Below, one piece after another: positions 59,741 through 64,000 of a stretch of 64,000 nt of DNA. The position numbers were made by a program, and so were the translations under genes. Every line of letters begins with the position of its first letter. Position 1 is the first letter of the stretch. Under the pieces are notes generated by a model. That model was not told the DNA's origin. It searched no databases and was given only the letters and a program-made list of their open reading frames with translations. The stretch comes from Eledone cirrhosa (Eukaryota), in assembly GCA_964016885.1 (NCBI GenBank), contig OZ024761.1:5146001-5210000 (forward strand), written 5' to 3'.

Positions 59741-60333
59741 GAATGGTGAAGTTAGAAATTGAGTAACACTTAAGTTTACAACACTTTCCACAACAGAAGA
59801 AAATGAAGGATCAAAACACACTTCAGTGTGAAGGGATTGATTTTCCATAAATTTAAACAGTTCATGTGTAACTCCGAGGGTACCCCTTACTCCCGGAAAA
59901 AAGGAGTTATTTGTGAGTGAGCAGAATGTCAGATTGGTTTAAAACAAATGAAAAAACCTAGAAAAGAAAGATTACTCCCACAGAAGAAATCAGGAATTTG
60001 ATAGAGTCAGGGAAATGGCTGAGTTTCATATGTCGAAAGGCAGAGTGACTGGGTTGTGGGACATGAGCCACGATTGACATGTTTGGCGAGAGGGTACAGC
60101 ATATTTGATCATTTTTCTATTTGTATGTCGTAATTTTGTGGGTTGGGTCACACTCATAAGGACATAACCTGGAGGTCACAAAACACTTACTATACAATTG
60201 ATCTTCATGGTATCAGTTTTAACAGGAAAATAGATGTAAATGCAAGACAGAAAACATTATTCAGTGAAAATCTCTTTTATTCAATAATGTTTGAGATATC
60301 AAGTTCAATTTTCTCTCAACTGGTTTCAACAAT

Positions 60334-60492
60334 CTATAATGAATTTAAAGTTGATAGGATCCAGTCTCTGAAGTAAGATACACTTGTAAAGATAGCAGCA
60401 TCTTTAGCACAATCATAACCAAATGATGTAATACCAGCCACAACCATTTGACCATTTCTACTGGGACAGTAGAAAGGACCACCAGAATCACC
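60334..60492 (-). CDS. Gene C last exon: close paralog of gene A (GDSGGPFYCPSRNG...WILSTLNSL*); other exons presumably beyond the window
   Basis: 159-nt exon, CAG acceptor, TAG stop, AATAAA at 60276-60281. 3' flank is homologous to gene A. Confidence 0.9.
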   Translation of the reverse strand, partial: GDSGGPFYCPSRNGQMVVAGITSFGYDCAKDAAIFTSVSYFRDWILSTLNSL

Positions 60493-60728
60493 CTGGATAA
60501 AATATAAAACAATGATTAGTTAAATATATTCTGTGGGTCTCTCTCAAGTTTTGTGTATATTAAATATATAGCTATGTATGTTTTGTGAGGAGGTGAAGTA
60601 TAGGTGGGAGCAGTTATGGTACCCCAGTCACTTGCACTGAGGTATCATATGTTTAAATGTTGTCCCAGGGTGGGATGTTGTTATTGTATTTTATTGCTGG
60701 ACTGAAAAGTCACCTCCGTACACATGCG

Positions 60729-62157
60729 ATGGTATAGACTTGTAATGATGGTTTAGGTGGTGTTGAGATGGCTATCATAAGATGAAGCAATCATGGGATG
60801 GTATCGACTTGTAATGATGGTTTAGGTGGTGTTGAGATGGCTATCATAAGATGAAGCAATCATGTAATGGTATAGACTTGTAATGATGGTTTAGGTGGTG
60901 TTGAGATGGCTATCATAAGATGAAGTAATCATCGGATGGTATAGACTTGTAATGATGGTTTAGGTGGTGTTGAGATGGCTATCATAAGATGAAGCAATCA
61001 TGTAATGGTATAGACTTGTAATGATGGTTTAGGTGGTGTTGAGATGGCTGTCATAAGATGAAGCAATCATGGGATGGTATAGACTTGTAATGATGGTTTA
61101 GGTGGTGTTGAGATGGCTATCATAAGATGAAGCAATCATGTGATGGTATAGACTTGTAATGATGGTTTAGGTGGTGTTGAGATGGCTATCATAAGATGAA
61201 GCAATCATGTAATGGTATAGACTTGTAATGATGGTTTAGGTGGTGTTGAGATGGCTATCATAAGATGAAGTAATCATCGGATGGTATAGACTTGTAATGA
61301 TGGTTTAGGTGGTGTTGAGATGGCTATCATAAGATGAAGCAATCATGTAATGGTATAGACTTGTAATGATGGTTTAGGTGGTGTTGAGATGGCTGTCATA
61401 AGATGAAGCAATCATGGGATGGTATAGACTTGTAATGATGGTTTAGGTGGTGTTGAGATGGCTATCATAAGATGAAGCAATCATGTAATGGTATAGACTT
61501 GTAATGATGGTTTAGGTGGTGTTGAGATGGCTATCATTAGATGAAGTAATCATCGGATGGTATAGACTTGTAATGATGGTTTAGGTGGTGTTGAGATGGC
61601 TATCATAAGATGAAGCAATCATGTAATGGTATAGACTTGTAATGATGGTTTAGGTGGTGTTGAGATGGCTGTCATAAGATGAAGCAATCATGGGATGGTA
61701 TAGACTTGTAATGATGGTTTAGGTGGTGTTGAGATGGCTATCATATGATGAAGCAATCATGTGATAGTATAGACTTGTAATGATGGTTTAGGTGGTGTTG
61801 AGATGGCTATCATAAGATGAAGTAATCATCGGATGGTATAGACTTGTAATGATGGTTTAGGTGGTGTTGAGATGGCTATCATAAGATGAAGCAATCATGT
61901 AATGGTATAGACTTGTAATGATGGTTTAGGTGGTGTTGAGATGGCTGTCATAAGATGAAGCAATCATGTGATAGTATAGACTTGTAATGATGGTTTAGGT
62001 GGTGTTGAGATGGCTATCATATGATGAAGCAATCATGTGATAGTATAGACTTGTAATGATGGTTTAGGTGGTGTTGAGATGGCTATCATAAGATGAAGCA
62101 ATCATGTGATAGTATAGACTTGTAATGATGGTTTAGGTGGTGTTGAGATGGCTATCT
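60729..62157. repeat. 69-bp tandem repeat, about 21 copies
   Basis: ATGGTATAGACTTGTAATGATGGTTTAGG... periodicity. Confidence 0.97.
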
Positions 62158-62175
62158 TAAGATGAAATAATCATT

Positions 62176-63959
62176 CTTGTATGTATGTATCTGTGTGCGT
62201 ATGTATGTATGTGAGTGTGTATGTATGTATGTGAGTGTGTATGTATGTGAGTGTGTATGTATGTATGTGAGTGTGTATGTATGTATGTGAGTGTGTATGT
62301 ATGTATGTGTGTGTGTATGTATGTGTATGTGAGTGTGTATGTATGTGTATGTGAGTGTGTATGTATGTATGTGAGTGTGTATGTATGTGTATGTGAGTGT
62401 GTATGTATGTGTATGTGAGTGTGTATGTATGTGTATGTGAGTGTGTATGTATGTATGTGAGTGTGTATGTATGTGTATGTGAGTGTGTATGTATGTATGT
62501 GAGTGTGTATGTATGTGTATGTGAGTGTGTATGTATGTATGTGAGTGTGTATGTATGTGTATGTGAGTGTGTATGTATGTGTGTGTGTATGTATGTGTAT
62601 GTGAGTGTGTATGTATGTGTATGTGAATGTGTATGTATGTGTATGTGAGTGTGTATGTATGTGTATGTGAGTGTGTATGTGACTCAATATAGCAGATTTC
62701 TACCAGAAAAAGAGAGAGTGAGATTGAATGGAAGTGAAAGTATATATATATATATATATATATGTGTGTATGTGTTTGAGTGTGTATGTGTGTATGTATG
62801 TATATATATGTGTGTATGTGTTTGAGTGTGTATGTGTGTATGTATGTATATATGTGTGTGTATGTGTTTGAGTGTGTATGTGTGTATGTATGTATATATA
62901 TGTGTGTATGTGTTTGAGTGTGTGTATGTGTGTATATATATATATGTCGGGTCACTCTTGAGTGCTATTGGTAACATGTAACCCAGTACATCCTGTAGCA
63001 TGGTCGGGTCATCAACGACTAAACTGGCAACCCCACCAAGTTGGTGAGGAGTGTGATTTTGGACACCCTGCAGGACAAAAAAACAAAACCTGACAAAGGA
63101 CGGAAGAGCTCATAAGAGTCAATGGCCATCCAAAACTGTGTAAATATGTATATACATGTATGCATGTGTATGTATGTATATATATATATATATAGGTATA
63201 TATGTATATACATGTATGCATGTGTATGTATGTATATATATATATATATATATAGGTATATATGTATATACATGTATGCATGTGTATGTATGTATATATA
63301 TATATATATATAGGTATATATGTATATACATGTATGCATGTGTATGTATGTATATATATATATATATATAGGTATATATGTATATACATGTATGTATGTG
63401 TACGTATATGCTCGGGAACATAGAAATATTTAGGCTGAATACCCAATCGTGCAGTTATACCACTGGGAGTAAAGGACCCCTAGCCTTTGTCAGGGCATTC
63501 TTCTAGGAGAAGGCAACTCAGGAAACTGGGATAACTCCGACATAAAACCTGCGTTCAGTAGTTACTGATGATGTTGATCTTTTCTTCTTTTAGGGTTATA
63601 GCTACTGTAGCTCAGAGAGTGGGATTGGCTCAGTGCACAGTCTTTCCTCACTTTCCCCACAAAATATCTTCACACACAGGCATTGCACGATAGAATTAAT
63701 TAATAATTTTAAATAATTGTATATCGTGCAATGGCCATACTCAATAACGAGGGGGCAGTCATCATGTATGTGTGTATGTATGTGTGTGTGTGTATGTGTG
63801 TGTGTACGTATGTATGTGTGTATGTGTGTGTGTGTGTGTATGTGTGTATGTAAGTATATATTTACATGTGTGTATGTAAGTATATATACATCTGTGTATG
63901 TAAGTATATATCTATATATACATGTGTGTATGTAAGTATATATATACATGTGTGTATGT

Positions 63960-63999
<40 letters not shown>

Positions 64000-64000
64000 G
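62176..64000. repeat. Mostly (GTAT)/(GT)/(TA) microsatellites with short unique patches
   Basis: Direct inspection. Confidence 0.8.

Overview
Repeat-rich eukaryotic genomic DNA. The SINE families, microsatellite load and protease type suggest a coleoid cephalopod (octopus); this is an inference. The host content is a cluster of six-exon S1A (chymotrypsin-fold) serine protease genes, spliced by hand from GT-AG signals. Gene B (+, 10850-33826, 274 aa) and gene A (-, 46075-37038, 254 aa) are complete, in frame and convergent. Gene C (-) shows only its last exon (60334-60492). An inverted copy of gene A's promoter and exon 1 lies at about 49.0 kb, and a candidate last exon of an unrelated gene lies at 4581-4787. 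Most of the rest is mobile or repetitive: decayed RTE LINEs with a partner CORE-type SINE, an L1/Tx1 LINE, a Penelope-like GIY-YIG remnant, Tc1/mariner, Helitron and hAT-like relics, MITEs and more than 15 local tandem arrays. Three signals stand out. (1) At least five unrelated type I hammerhead ribozyme motifs occur in Penelope-like or fold-back elements, including a young 558-bp tandem that would excise a retrozyme-like monomer; two motifs lie sense within gene B introns. (2) Gene B has unusual chemistry: His at the S1 position 189, a poly-Glu loop, 7 N-glycan sequons and an odd Cys. (3) The 3' end and splice donor of gene B exon 5 are amplified into a 12-copy tandem array.
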